In this document: piece by piece, positions 35,201-44,300 of the stretch
Layout of the letters: each line of letters begins with the position of its first letter
Position numbering within the stretch: the first letter of the stretch is position 1
Source: an uncultured Clostridia bacterium
GTDB taxonomy: Bacteria > Bacillota > DTU025 > MWDF01
DNA length: 54,326 nucleotides
Direction: 5' to 3'
Assembly: GCA_964532805.1 (NCBI GenBank)
Contig: CAZHKX010000002.1
Span: forward strand, 1 to 54,326
Notes under the pieces: model-generated
Database searches by the model: none
What the model saw: only the letters and a program-made list of their open reading frames with translations
Told to the model about the DNA's origin: nothing
Translations under genes and position numbers: made by a program

Positions 35201-35421
35201 GCGTCTTTGAAAGGGGCCTTCTCCCCGATGATTATGAGGCCTTTTCTGATGGAATTGCGCATATACTGCGACAAGACATCTGCCGAGGAGGGTGCGGAGA
35301 TCGCCTCTCTGACAATTTCGAACTCGCTGGCGTCGACTCTACTGAGGGACTCCTCAAGTGCCCTTGTTATCATCTCGTCATATATGCCTTCACAAATGGC
35401 CGGAACTTGGCAGCGATCCAT
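32248..35421 (-). CDS. Fusion protein: PLD-family (single HKD) nuclease + SF2 (ResIII/DEAH-type) helicase + DUF3427-like C-terminal domain
   Basis: 1057 aa with a GGGAGTG RBS. HKD motif HAKAYIF-x13-GSSNIS (aa 231-254). Walker A VAATGTGKT (aa 353-361). DEFHH (aa 451-455), LGLTATP, and helicase-C motif QQLGRGLR. The C-terminal ~250 aa carry FHWQTQS, LLFVRE and PYKYLG motifs. Confidence 0.85.
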   Translation of the reverse strand: MDRCQVPAICEGIYDEMITRALEESLSRVDASEFEIVREAISAPSSADVLSQYMRNSIRKGLIIIGEKAPFKDAEKAQLAICNDIISRLSAASGDEGLLDMLIDDKMEKLLAVLNRAVRRYALPDGKVHRPDTPLSVSALFTGSGSEPSLASQLRKEIATSDSVDLLVSFIRWSGLRLIIDELRRLSERGKIRVITTCYMGATEIKCIDELMKIGNTQLKVNYDTRSTRLHAKAYIFHRSSGMDTAYIGSSNISGPALGSGLEWNMKAASDDLPHIVTGVNAAFETYWNDPDFQSYSESDRGKLLSALKAEARGDGMVYEPLFVIQPFPFQKQVLERLEAERVIHGRTSNLLVAATGTGKTVISAFDYKAFTAKNPGSRCRFLFVAHRKDILDQSLRCYRNVLLDQNFGELYYGEAELSSYDHLFASIQSINSKQLCEALPPDFYDFIVIDEFHHSAAGSYRQILAHFKPKILLGLTATPERMDGRDICQEFFDGRMAVEIRLPEAINRQLLVPFQYFGIADSVDLRDVRFARGRYDAGTLERIYTGDGARARLIADAVEKYVADLENVRGLGFCASLRHAEFMADVFNRSGIMSKVLEGKSTQQERGATVGRLRNGDIKFIFTVDLYNEGVDIPFVNTILLLRPTESLTIFLQQLGRGLRLYEGKSELTVLDFIGAANSQYDFESKFRALLSRTRHTLKEEVSEGFPSLPRGCSISLEKVAQEHVLDNIQGAIVNKKYIVRALGTYKGAGKAPSLEEFIADHPNVRLADIYSKGTYSSFCREAGLLPAQPSASYDEDKLRNALFRLQQCDSRRLIDFALTVLDRRHEASFTAEENRMLLMLNYTLWGRPPADLGFLDAASALGMLGDYPGLKDEAAGILRIIRDRITFVDERLDLGYTCPLDLHCSYTRDQILAALGRYTDKSKPDFREGVLHIKELDTDILLINLFKDEKSFSPTTMYKDYAISPSLFHWQTQSTVSRQSNTAARYMSRDGINGKVLLFVRETKSGEFNKPMPYKYLGPARFVDAQGDRPVSIRWHLDRPMPADFTSIAMTASIG

Positions 35422-35520
35422 GGAATCACTCCCGGAAAAGAATGGGCAGCACCATTATAACACCGTCAAGCAGGAATTATCATGTTAGGATTCTAGTCGC
35501 AGGATATCGCCGCATGGTGT

Positions 35521-35880
35521 CTACTCAGAATCCGCCTTGCTCCCCGAAAGTGAGCGCGCGGCTGCGAGCGACCACAGCATGGAAGACTTCGTCTCGTTCG
35601 CCGCCGCAAGCCCGATGAAGCGCAGGAATGCCAAGAAAAGCGACAGGCTCCGAAAAAGCGCAAGCACAGCGTAGGAGATGATAAAGCAGATAATCGAATA
35701 GGCGACGGAGAATGGCACCAGCGGCAACGCCCAAGGAGATATTCTTCCGTAACCCTTCTCTGCCTCGGGATCTTTTTCCTCTGCCTTCTCGGGTTTTGAG
35801 GCGGACAGGAGACCGATAAGGTCAAAGGCGATGTTCATCGCGAAGAATGCGACAACAAGGTTTAGAGAGTACCTGCTCAT
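35521..35880 (-). CDS. Small 3-TM membrane protein, immediately upstream of and co-oriented with the PLD-helicase gene
   Basis: 119 aa with an AAAGGAGG RBS 5 nt upstream. Hydrophobic helices are separated by a charged KPEKAEEKDPEAEK loop. Confidence 0.45.
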   Translation of the reverse strand: MSRYSLNLVVAFFAMNIAFDLIGLLSASKPEKAEEKDPEAEKGYGRISPWALPLVPFSVAYSIICFIISYAVLALFRSLSLFLAFLRFIGLAAANETKSSMLWSLAAARSLSGSKADSE

Positions 35881-35988
35881 AAATGCCTCCTTTCTAAGGT
35901 GCCAAGGCGATTGTGCCGACTGCTATGCAGGCTGCCTGACAGGCTAAGCCGGGACTTTGCCATTATTTTTTTGGTTTTGGAGGATTTG

Positions 35989-36011
35989 TATTTGAACTGA
36001 TATTTCAAATA
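35989..36011. repeat. 8-bp inverted repeat in an AT-rich divergent intergenic region
   Basis: TATTTGAA-7 nt-TTCAAATA. Confidence 0.25.
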
Positions 36012-36172
36012 TACAGCATAAGTGAACATTTGTCAAGCAAAAACGCAGTTCAGGGCACTATTAATAATGATTAACCCCTGTCGAGGGGGATGTTGAAAAC
36101 TATATTCGGCAAGTGGAAAATTATTCGCTTGTATGCAATAATTATTGTATATATCGTCTCGCGAGGTGCGGA

Positions 36173-37147
36173 ATGGACAGAGAAGGCTTCCTGAAATATC
36201 TCAAGGGCAAAGGGCTTGATGATGAAGCGGCATCAAGGCAGATGTCCATAGCGGACCATCTGGATACTATGCTCTCCTCAAGGAACGGTCCTCCTGGAAC
36301 AGGATGCGGAAGGAAGGCGGCATCAAGCCTCATCGAGTCGCTTCTTGAATCCGGGCAGGATTCATATGAGAACATGCTTGCCATACTTAGGTACGGCTAT
36401 TTCACGAAGAACGATGAGATCTATAAGACCGCCTTCATGTACCTTGACGGCGCGGAGGCGCTGGACGGCATGTACTATAAGCTTGAGGAAGTGGCAGGAT
36501 CCGAGGAGCGGGACCGCATATTCGGCATGATAGGGCCGATAACGCTGGGCACATCATTCAAGGACAAGGCAGCCGCGACAAGGACTGTCGTTGCCGAGGT
36601 GAAGTCATCGCTGAGCCCTCAGCAAAGGAAGAAACTGTATAACGCAAGCTTCAGGCATCTGGATGATTCCCATTACCTCCCCGACAGGCAAGCTTATGAG
36701 AAGATAGGGGACATCGACGCCTACATAGAGGCGAAGAGGCTGGATTTCGTAAAGGAGCTCGAAGGCCATATGGCCGAGGGCAAGCTTTTCTTCGGGCAGG
36801 AGGTCACCCCAGAGGTAATCGAGCACGTCAAGTCCGACCCCGAGATCGCCTTCGGCAGGAGGGCGGGAAGCGACCTGTTCGTGACTAAGATCCCCTTCAG
36901 GACAAAGCAGTGGCTCTCCGAGAAGGACCCTAAGAAGAAGAGGTATCTCTACTGCCATTGCCCGTGGGCCAGGGAATCCATCCTATCGGATTTGGGCCCG
37001 GTGGACCCGGAGTTCTGCAACTGCAGCGCAGGCTTCCATAAGAAATCATGGGAGGTCATTTTCGGAAGGAAGCTTGATTGCGAGGTCTTAGAATCAGTCC
37101 TTGCTGGAGATGACAGGTGCAGGTTCAGGATAAGCCTGCCGATATAG
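36173..37147 (+). CDS. Hypothetical protein with a Cys-rich C-terminal module
   Basis: Start taken at the ATG at 36173 (GAGGTG upstream). The C-terminus carries CHCPW-x21-CNCSAGF-x17-C-x14-CRF, suggesting a metal or cluster site. Confidence 0.45.
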   Translation: MDREGFLKYLKGKGLDDEAASRQMSIADHLDTMLSSRNGPPGTGCGRKAASSLIESLLESGQDSYENMLAILRYGYFTKNDEIYKTAFMYLDGAEALDGMYYKLEEVAGSEERDRIFGMIGPITLGTSFKDKAAATRTVVAEVKSSLSPQQRKKLYNASFRHLDDSHYLPDRQAYEKIGDIDAYIEAKRLDFVKELEGHMAEGKLFFGQEVTPEVIEHVKSDPEIAFGRRAGSDLFVTKIPFRTKQWLSEKDPKKKRYLYCHCPWARESILSDLGPVDPEFCNCSAGFHKKSWEVIFGRKLDCEVLESVLAGDDRCRFRISLPI

Positions 37148-37189
37148 TGCGTCGGTCCAACGCCAGGTTCAACAGCATGAATAGACGAT

Positions 37190-37232
37190 AAGCTGCCGGA
37201 ACACCCGAAAGGTCCCGGCAGCTTCTTCTTTG
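37190..37232. terminator. Terminator hairpin between convergent genes
   Basis: AAGCTGCCGG / CCGGCAGCTT form a perfect 10-bp stem with a 15-nt loop, followed by CTTCTTTG. Confidence 0.6.
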
Positions 37233-37244
37233 CGTGCTAAACGA

Positions 37245-37952
37245 TCAGACAGGAATCGAGGTGTCGTCTATCATGCCGTCCTCGTAAATCACCTTGACGC
37301 TTTCGATGAAAACGCCGAAGGTGCCATCATATGGGTAGAAGAGCTGGGATTCAAGGCAGGGGGCGAACCATTGCGAGGCATATTCCTCAAGTTCCAGCTC
37401 CCCGACCAATGTGCCGTTAACCTTCATGGTCACGCTGTCGCCCTTCTTCTTAAGCTCATATACGTTCCTGCCGTCTCTTATTAGGCCAGGCATGGGTTCC
37501 TCGACGGGCATGATCATGAACAACCCTGTCGCCTCATAGTAGGCATGGGCTTCGCCCTCAAGCCCGACTTCGATGCCCTCCAGGCAGAGGAAGCTTTCTG
37601 CCGAGGAGAGGAGCGGTCCGTCGGCCATGTCCAGCCCGAAGAAGGCCTCATGATCCTCGTCTGCGTAAACCCAGAAGCGCACTATGTAGGTGAAATCCCC
37701 GCTGAACCTGAAGGGGCATGTGACGGCCTTCCCTCTCATGGAAAGCCCCTTATCCGCGAAAGAGTAACTTCCGGTGACGGCAGGCGAGGCAGAGGAGACT
37801 GATAAGAACCAGTCCTCCATATACCAGGCCCCCTCGTCATTCTCCAGGTCTCCCTCCTCCCTGAAGCTGAAGAAATATGTAGTAGTGCATCCGGAAAGAA
37901 GAAGTGCCGCGAGGATGGATACTACCGCCAGCGCCGCAACCCTCCTGTTCAT
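37245..37952 (-). CDS. Hypothetical lipoprotein
   Basis: ATG at 37952 (GGGGGTG RBS 6 nt upstream). Signal peptide with lipobox LLLSGC. The mature part is beta-rich. Confidence 0.6.
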   Translation of the reverse strand: MNRRVAALAVVSILAALLLSGCTTTYFFSFREEGDLENDEGAWYMEDWFLSVSSASPAVTGSYSFADKGLSMRGKAVTCPFRFSGDFTYIVRFWVYADEDHEAFFGLDMADGPLLSSAESFLCLEGIEVGLEGEAHAYYEATGLFMIMPVEEPMPGLIRDGRNVYELKKKGDSVTMKVNGTLVGELELEEYASQWFAPCLESQLFYPYDGTFGVFIESVKVIYEDGMIDDTSIPV

Positions 37953-38095
37953 CAAAAACACCCCCAGATATTTCTGATCTGTAGCGGTGATGATATTCAA
38001 CGCCCCGTAACTTATTTCCTTTATTGAATGATTTTATCTGGCGAAAGAGCCGGAAATACAGCTAAAAGCGCCTAAGGAAAACGGACGCGCCTCCG

Positions 38096-38104
38096 TGCTA
38101 TAAT
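38096..38104 (+). promoter_or_regulatory. Putative extended -10 promoter upstream of glmU
   Basis: TGCTATAAT (TGn + TATAAT) about 100 nt upstream of the glmU ATG. There is no good -35. Confidence 0.35.
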
Positions 38105-38205
38105 ATTCTGCGTTGCCCGGAAATGAAGGAATCCGCGCTGAAGGCATAGAAGTCGTTAAGTGCGGGTAAGAAGAGGCCCCGGCCTCTATATGGAGGAATG
38201 AAGTC

Positions 38206-39606
38206 ATGCCATTCGCAGGGCTTATCCTGGCTGCTGGGATGTCAAAGCGCATGAAATCCTCGCTGCCCAAGGTTCTGCACAAGGTCAACGGCCTTACCGT
38301 AATCGACCACGTCATCGCGAACCTCCAAAAGGCCGGCTGCGATAGGATAGCGACAGTCGTAGGCCACATGGGGGAGGCCCTTACCGAGCATATCGAAGGA
38401 AGGTCCGAAATCTTCTGGCAGCATGAGAGGCTAGGCACCGCCCATGCGGTCATGCAGGCCAAGGAGCTTCTCGAAAGCTACAGGGGGACCATACTGGTAT
38501 TCCCGGGCGATGTCCCCGCCACCAGGCCATCCACAATAAGAAGGCTCATAGACGCCCACGCGTCCGGAGGCTACGCCGCCACCGTGCTCAGCATGGAGCT
38601 TGACGACCCCGCCTCATACGGCAGGATTGTGCGCGACGCCTTCGGGGAGTTCACCGACATAATAGAATACAGGGACGCAAGCGATGCCGTAAGGCAGATC
38701 AGGGAAGTATCCACCGGCATAATCGCCTTCGAATCTGAGGCGCTATCGGATGCTCTCCGCTATATAGGAAACGACAACGCCCAGGGCGAGTACTACCTCA
38801 CCGACGCGATAAAGGTTCTCTACCAGGCGGGACATCCCATCGGAGCGGTGGTCCTGGAGGACCCCGACGAGGGGATAGGCATAAACAGCAGGCAGGAGCT
38901 GGCCGAGGCGCAAAGGATCCTGGGCGCAAGGAAGCTCTCGGAGCTGATGGCCGCAGGCGTGACCGTGGTATCCCCGGCCAACACCTTCGTGGAGGAGGAA
39001 GTGGAGGTGGGGCAGGACACCGTGCTTCATCCCTTCACCATACTTTACGGAAGGACCGTAATCGGCCCCGGATGCGACATAGGCCCCGGCACTACGATAG
39101 AGTCGTCGGCAGTCGAGCAGGGCTCGGAGGTATGCCACTCATACTTGAGGGACTGCAAGGTGGGACCGTCCTGCAAAGTGGGCCCCTACGCTTACATAAG
39201 GCCCGGCACCGTGCTGGGAGAGGGAGCCAAGGCAGGCTCCTTCGTGGAGATAAAGAACTCCAACATAGGCGCGGGCTCCAAGGTGCCCCATCTCTCTTAT
39301 GTGGGCGACACGGACATGGGTTCGGGCGTGAACATCGGCTGCGGTACGGTTGTTTGCAACTATGACGGTTTCAGGAAGCACAGGACAGTCATCGAAGATG
39401 GCGCTTTCGTCGGATCCAACACAAATCTCGTAGCCCCGGTGAAGGTGGGGCGCGGCTCCTACATCGCGACAGGCTCCACCGTGACAAGGGAAGTGCCCGA
39501 GGGCGCGCTTGCAGTGGCAAGGGCGAGGCAGGAGAACAAGGAAGGCTGGGTCGAAAGGAAGAAAACTCAGGTAAAAGCCGAGAAGGAAAGCCAGGGGGGA
39601 AGATAG
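38206..39606 (+). CDS. glmU: Bifunctional UDP-N-acetylglucosamine diphosphorylase / glucosamine-1-phosphate N-acetyltransferase
   Basis: [20 protein letters not shown], with C-terminal left-handed beta-helix hexapeptide repeats (IG.G..I....V..GS.V). GGAGGAA RBS. Confidence 0.95.
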   Translation: MPFAGLILAAGMSKRMKSSLPKVLHKVNGLTVIDHVIANLQKAGCDRIATVVGHMGEALTEHIEGRSEIFWQHERLGTAHAVMQAKELLESYRGTILVFPGDVPATRPSTIRRLIDAHASGGYAATVLSMELDDPASYGRIVRDAFGEFTDIIEYRDASDAVRQIREVSTGIIAFESEALSDALRYIGNDNAQGEYYLTDAIKVLYQAGHPIGAVVLEDPDEGIGINSRQELAEAQRILGARKLSELMAAGVTVVSPANTFVEEEVEVGQDTVLHPFTILYGRTVIGPGCDIGPGTTIESSAVEQGSEVCHSYLRDCKVGPSCKVGPYAYIRPGTVLGEGAKAGSFVEIKNSNIGAGSKVPHLSYVGDTDMGSGVNIGCGTVVCNYDGFRKHRTVIEDGAFVGSNTNLVAPVKVGRGSYIATGSTVTREVPEGALAVARARQENKEGWVERKKTQVKAEKESQGGR

Positions 39607-39607
39607 G

Positions 39608-40555
39608 ATGGTCGCATGCCACAGGAAGCTCAAACTCATAACGGGGACGTCCAATACGCCGCTGGCGCAGGAGATAGCTGACGCACTGGGGACTCCGCTC
39701 GTAAAGAGCGCAGTTACCCGCTTCTCGGACGGGGAGATCAGGGTGCAGATCTTCGAGACTGTAAGAGGGGCCGATGTCTTCATCATCCAGTCGCTCGGAA
39801 ATCCCGTGCACGACAACCTGATGGAGATGCTCATCATGGCAGATGCGCTGAGGCGCGCCTCGGCAAGGTCCATCACCGCAGTTATACCCTATTACGGCTA
39901 TGCAAGGCAGGACAGGAAGTCCTCCTCCAGGGAGCCCATCACGGCGAAGCTCGTGGCGAACCTCCTGGTCACAGCAGGCATTACCAGGGTGCTGACCCTC
40001 GATCTGCACGCCCCCCAGATACAGGGCTTCTTCGACATCCCAGTGGATCACATGCAGGCAGCGCCCCTTCTTGCCGACTACATGAAGGACATCGGCCTCA
40101 CAGGCTGCTCGGTAGTCTCGCCTGACGTCGGTGGGGTGTCGCGTGCAAGGGCGCTTGGCGAAAGGATAGGCGGGACTCTTGCCATCATAGACAAGAGGCG
40201 CCCCAGGCCCAACGTATCCGAAGTCATGCACATAATCGGCGACGTAGAGGGGAAGCCCTGTGTACTGGTGGATGACATCATAGACACCGCGGGCACCATG
40301 TGCCAGGCCGCGGATGCGCTCATAGCCGCGGGCGCAAGCGAAGTGTACGCTCTCTGCTCCCATGGAGTGCTCTCGGGCCCTGCGATAGAGCGCATTAACG
40401 CATCGAAGATCCAGCAGCTCATCATAACCAACAGCCTTCCCAGGGACAACCCGGCCCCCTGCGACAAGATCAAGGTGCTATCGGTGGGCCGCATGATGGC
40501 AGAGGCCATAAGAAGGATCTACGAGGAGCTTTCGGTCTCCATCCTGTTCAACTAG
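39608..40555 (+). CDS. prs: Ribose-phosphate diphosphokinase
   Basis: [21 protein letters not shown] and [12 protein letters not shown] motifs. Confidence 0.95.
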   Translation: MVACHRKLKLITGTSNTPLAQEIADALGTPLVKSAVTRFSDGEIRVQIFETVRGADVFIIQSLGNPVHDNLMEMLIMADALRRASARSITAVIPYYGYARQDRKSSSREPITAKLVANLLVTAGITRVLTLDLHAPQIQGFFDIPVDHMQAAPLLADYMKDIGLTGCSVVSPDVGGVSRARALGERIGGTLAIIDKRRPRPNVSEVMHIIGDVEGKPCVLVDDIIDTAGTMCQAADALIAAGASEVYALCSHGVLSGPAIERINASKIQQLIITNSLPRDNPAPCDKIKVLSVGRMMAEAIRRIYEELSVSILFN

Positions 40556-40564
40556 GAGGCCCTG

Positions 40565-41164
40565 ATGGGAAAATGGCTTGTGGCGGGCCTCGGCAACCCC
40601 GGAAGCGCATATGAGACCACGAGGCACAACATGGGCTTCCTTGCGGCAGACCTAATTGCCCGCCGCATGAAGGGGCGCTTCGTGCGCACGCGCTGGAACG
40701 CCTCTGCGGCCAAGTGCGAGTTCGCCGGGGAGCAGGTGGTCGTCCTTAAGCCCCATTCCTTCATGAACCTCTCCGGAGGCCCCGTCGCCGCCGCCATGCG
40801 CACGCTTGGCATAGACGCCACCAGGCTCATAGTGGTCTACGACGACATGGACCTAGACCCGGGGAGAATCAGGGTCAGGCCCTCAGGAAGCGCCGGGGGC
40901 CACAAGGGGATGAAGTCCATCATCGGCATAATAGGCACTGAGCAGTTCACGCGCGTAAGAATCGGGATAGGCAGGCCCCCGGCATATGCCGAGACCATCG
41001 ATTTCGTGCTGCAAAGACCTGACAGGCAGGAGGCGAAGCTTCTGTCAGAGGGTATAGCCGCCGCCGCCGAGGCCATCGAGGAGATAATCCTGTCGGGGCC
41101 CGCGGAGGCCGCCTCAAAGTTCAACGGGGCAGGAAAGCCCAAGGCTGAAGGGGGCACTGAGTAA
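40565..41164 (+). CDS. pth: Peptidyl-tRNA hydrolase
   Basis: LVAGLGNPGSAYETTRHNMGF and GGHKGMKSI motifs. Confidence 0.95.
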   Translation: MGKWLVAGLGNPGSAYETTRHNMGFLAADLIARRMKGRFVRTRWNASAAKCEFAGEQVVVLKPHSFMNLSGGPVAAAMRTLGIDATRLIVVYDDMDLDPGRIRVRPSGSAGGHKGMKSIIGIIGTEQFTRVRIGIGRPPAYAETIDFVLQRPDRQEAKLLSEGIAAAAEAIEEIILSGPAEAASKFNGAGKPKAEGGTE

Positions 41165-41331
41165 GCATCCCCGGCGCGGCCGGGCGCAAATCTACAGAAT
41201 AAAGGGCCATACGTCAGGGGAGGTTCGGGCACCCCTGGCGCCTGCGGCGTTTCATTCGGCAGGTTTTCCAAGCTGGCGCGAATTCCATGCGGGTGGCGCC
41301 CATCATCCGGGCAAGGCGACAGGAGGCGGAC

Positions 41332-44300
41332 ATGTCCAGGCTGACAGAGCAGATAAGATCGACGAAGGAGTTCACTGACCTTCTCGCCGCGGCAGGACCC
41401 GCAAGAAAGGGCGCCAAGGTCCGCCTTACGGGCCTTTCCGGCTCCCAGAAGGCGTTTGCGCTATCCGCCCTGGCAGAGGCGGAAGGCGCCCTTGCCGTCA
41501 TGACCTTCAACCAGACCGAGGCCGACAGGCTTCAATCCGACATGAGGGCCTTTCTGGGAAGCTCACTTCCGGTATTTGAGTTCCCGTTCAAGGACCTGCT
41601 TCCGTACGAGGAGGCTGCAGCGCCCATAGAGCTAACCGCAAAGAGGATCGCCGCCCTGTCCGCCCTTTCAAGAAGGCAGCCTGGCGTCTACATCTTCGCG
41701 GCCAGGTCAGCTTCCTACCGCCTTATGCCGCCAGAGGACTTCCTGCCCCTTCATGTGACGCTTAGGCCGGGCATGAGCATAGATCCGCTTGAGGTCATGG
41801 CTAAGCTCACATCCCTCGGGTATGAGAGGGTGGACAGGTGCGAATCCGAGGCCCAGGCCAGCTTCAAAGGCGGCGTCCTCGACATATTCCCTGCAGGCGC
41901 AGAGTTTGCCGTAAGGGCGGAGTTCTTCGGTGATGACATAGAATCCCTAAGAAGCTTCGACCCCGAGACGCAGCGCTCGACCGGAAGGCTCGAGGAGGCG
42001 GTGATCGCCCCGGCAAGGGAGATGTGCGTCGGCGGGCGGCGGCTTGATGACGGCTTGGGAAGAATCGCCGCGGCGCTTGAGAGGGCCAAGGCGGATGCCG
42101 AGGGGTTCGAGGATCCCGCATCAAGGCTCGCTGCGGTGGAGAGGCTAGCCGAAAGGGTCCAGAGGCATCTGGCAAAGCTGAGGGAGCATGGGAGCTTCGA
42201 CAACGACGAGCAGTACATCGGCTACTTCTTCGAGAAGCCGGCATCAATACTCGACTACTTGGGAGACATGCTGCTCGTGGCAGATGAGCCCGAGCGGGCA
42301 CACAACAGCCTGAGAGGATACGACCGTGACGCTTCCGAGACATATGCGTCGTTTGCGGGGCAGGGACTGGTTCTTCCCGGCAACTTGGGCGCGCACCTGG
42401 GCGCGGGGTACGTCGAGATGAGGGCCCAAGGGGCAAGGAGAATCGAGCTTACGGCAGCGCCTGCTCAAGAGGAGGGTCCGTTCGAGGCGGTCGAGGTCAT
42501 GATGAGCATGCGGGAGCCGTCGTTTAAGTCCGGCGACTTCCAGGGCATGGTCAAGGAGGCCGATAAGTCCAGGAGGAAGGGCTTCGCGGTGGTGGTGGCC
42601 GCCTCTACGGCGGAGAGGGCCGAAAGGCTAAAAGCGGCGTTTCTGGACGAGGGGGCCCCGGTCCTAAGGCAGGACTGGGAGCACCTTGAGCCGGCCCGCG
42701 GCACGATAAGGGTCACGGTAGCCGACATCTCCTCCGGCTTCATTTCGAACCCGGCAAGGCTTGTGCTTCTCACCGATACGGAGTTCTTCGGCGCCGCGAA
42801 GAAGAGGAAGAGCTATAAGCAGTTCGCCGAAGGCTCGAAGATATCAAGCTACAAGGACCTTTCGCCTGGAGACTTCGTCGTGCACCGGGACCACGGCATA
42901 GGAAGGTATCTGGACATGAAGCCCATGGAGTCGCTTGGGGTGATACGCGACTACATGTCAGTGGAGTATGCCGGCGGAAGTATGGTCTACATCCCTGTGG
43001 AGCAGGTAAGCATCCTGCAGAAGTACATAGGAAGCGAGGAGACGGCGCCCAAGCTCAACAAGCTGGGCGGGATAGAATGGGCCAAGGCCAGAAGCCGCGC
43101 CGGCAAGGCCGTGATGGAGATAGCCGAGGAGCTGGTGCGCCTCTATGCCGCAAGGCTTTCGGCAAGCGCCAAGCCCTGCGGGCCGGACGGGCCCTGGCAG
43201 GCGGCTTTCGAGGACCGCTTCCCGTACGATGAGACCGAAGACCAGATGGAGGCCGTCAAGGCTGCGAAGCTCGACCTCGAGAAGGACCATCCGATGGACA
43301 GGCTCGTGTGCGGAGACGTAGGCTTCGGCAAGACCGAGGTGGCGCTGAGGGCCGCGTTCAAAGTCGCCGCTGAAGGCAGGCAGGTGGCGGTGCTTGCCCC
43401 CACGACGATACTCTCCTACCAGCACTTCAACACTTTCAAGGAGCGCTTCGACGGCTTTCCCGTAAAGGTGGCGCTGCTGTCGAGGCTGACGAAGCCCGAG
43501 GAGGAGAAGAGGATTCTCAAGGAGATGGAAAGCGGCCTTGTTGACATCGCGGTCGGAACCCACAGGCTGCTTTCAAAGGATGTGAAGTTCAGGGACCTCG
43601 GCCTTCTTGTAGTAGACGAGGAGCAGAGGTTCGGAGTCGAGCAGAAGGAGCGCCTTAAGATGATGCGCACCGACGTGCACGTCTTGACGCTTACAGCCAC
43701 CCCCATACCCAGGACCATGCACATGTCGATGGTCGGGGCAAGGGACATGAGCCTCATCGGCACCCCTCCTGAAAACAGGTTTCCGATAAGGACCTACGTC
43801 ACAGAGCACGACGACAAGATGATCAGGGAGGCCATACTAAGGGAGATCGACCGCGGCGGCCAGGTGTTCTACGTGCACAACAGGGTCAGGAACATCAACA
43901 TGGTCGCAGAGGAGCTGGCAGCGCTCGTCCCCGAGGCGAGGATAGACGTAGCCCACGGGCAGATGAACGAGGAGCGGCTCGAGGGGCTCATCATGAGTTT
44001 CTTAAGGCACGAGTTCGACGTGCTCGTCTGCACGACGATAATCGAGGCGGGCATAGACATGCCCAACGTGAATACCCTTATCGTCAACGATTCGGAGAGA
44101 TTCGGCCTTGCGCAGCTATATCAGCTCAGAGGAAGGGTCGGCCGCTCCAGCAGGGTGGCCTATGCATACCTCACATACAAGAGGGACAACATACTCTCGG
44201 AGGCTGCGGACAAGCGCCTTTCGGCCATCAGGGAGTTTTCGAACCTGGGGTCCGGCTATCGCATAGCCATGAGGGACCTGGAGATAAGAGGCGCTGGAAA

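Noticed and set aside
28727-38205. tRNA-Gln-targeted integrative element or prophage
   Set aside because: There is no integrase, recombinase, phage or conjugation gene. I could not find a direct repeat of the tRNA 3' end near the glmU-proximal border. I keep it only as a variable islet.
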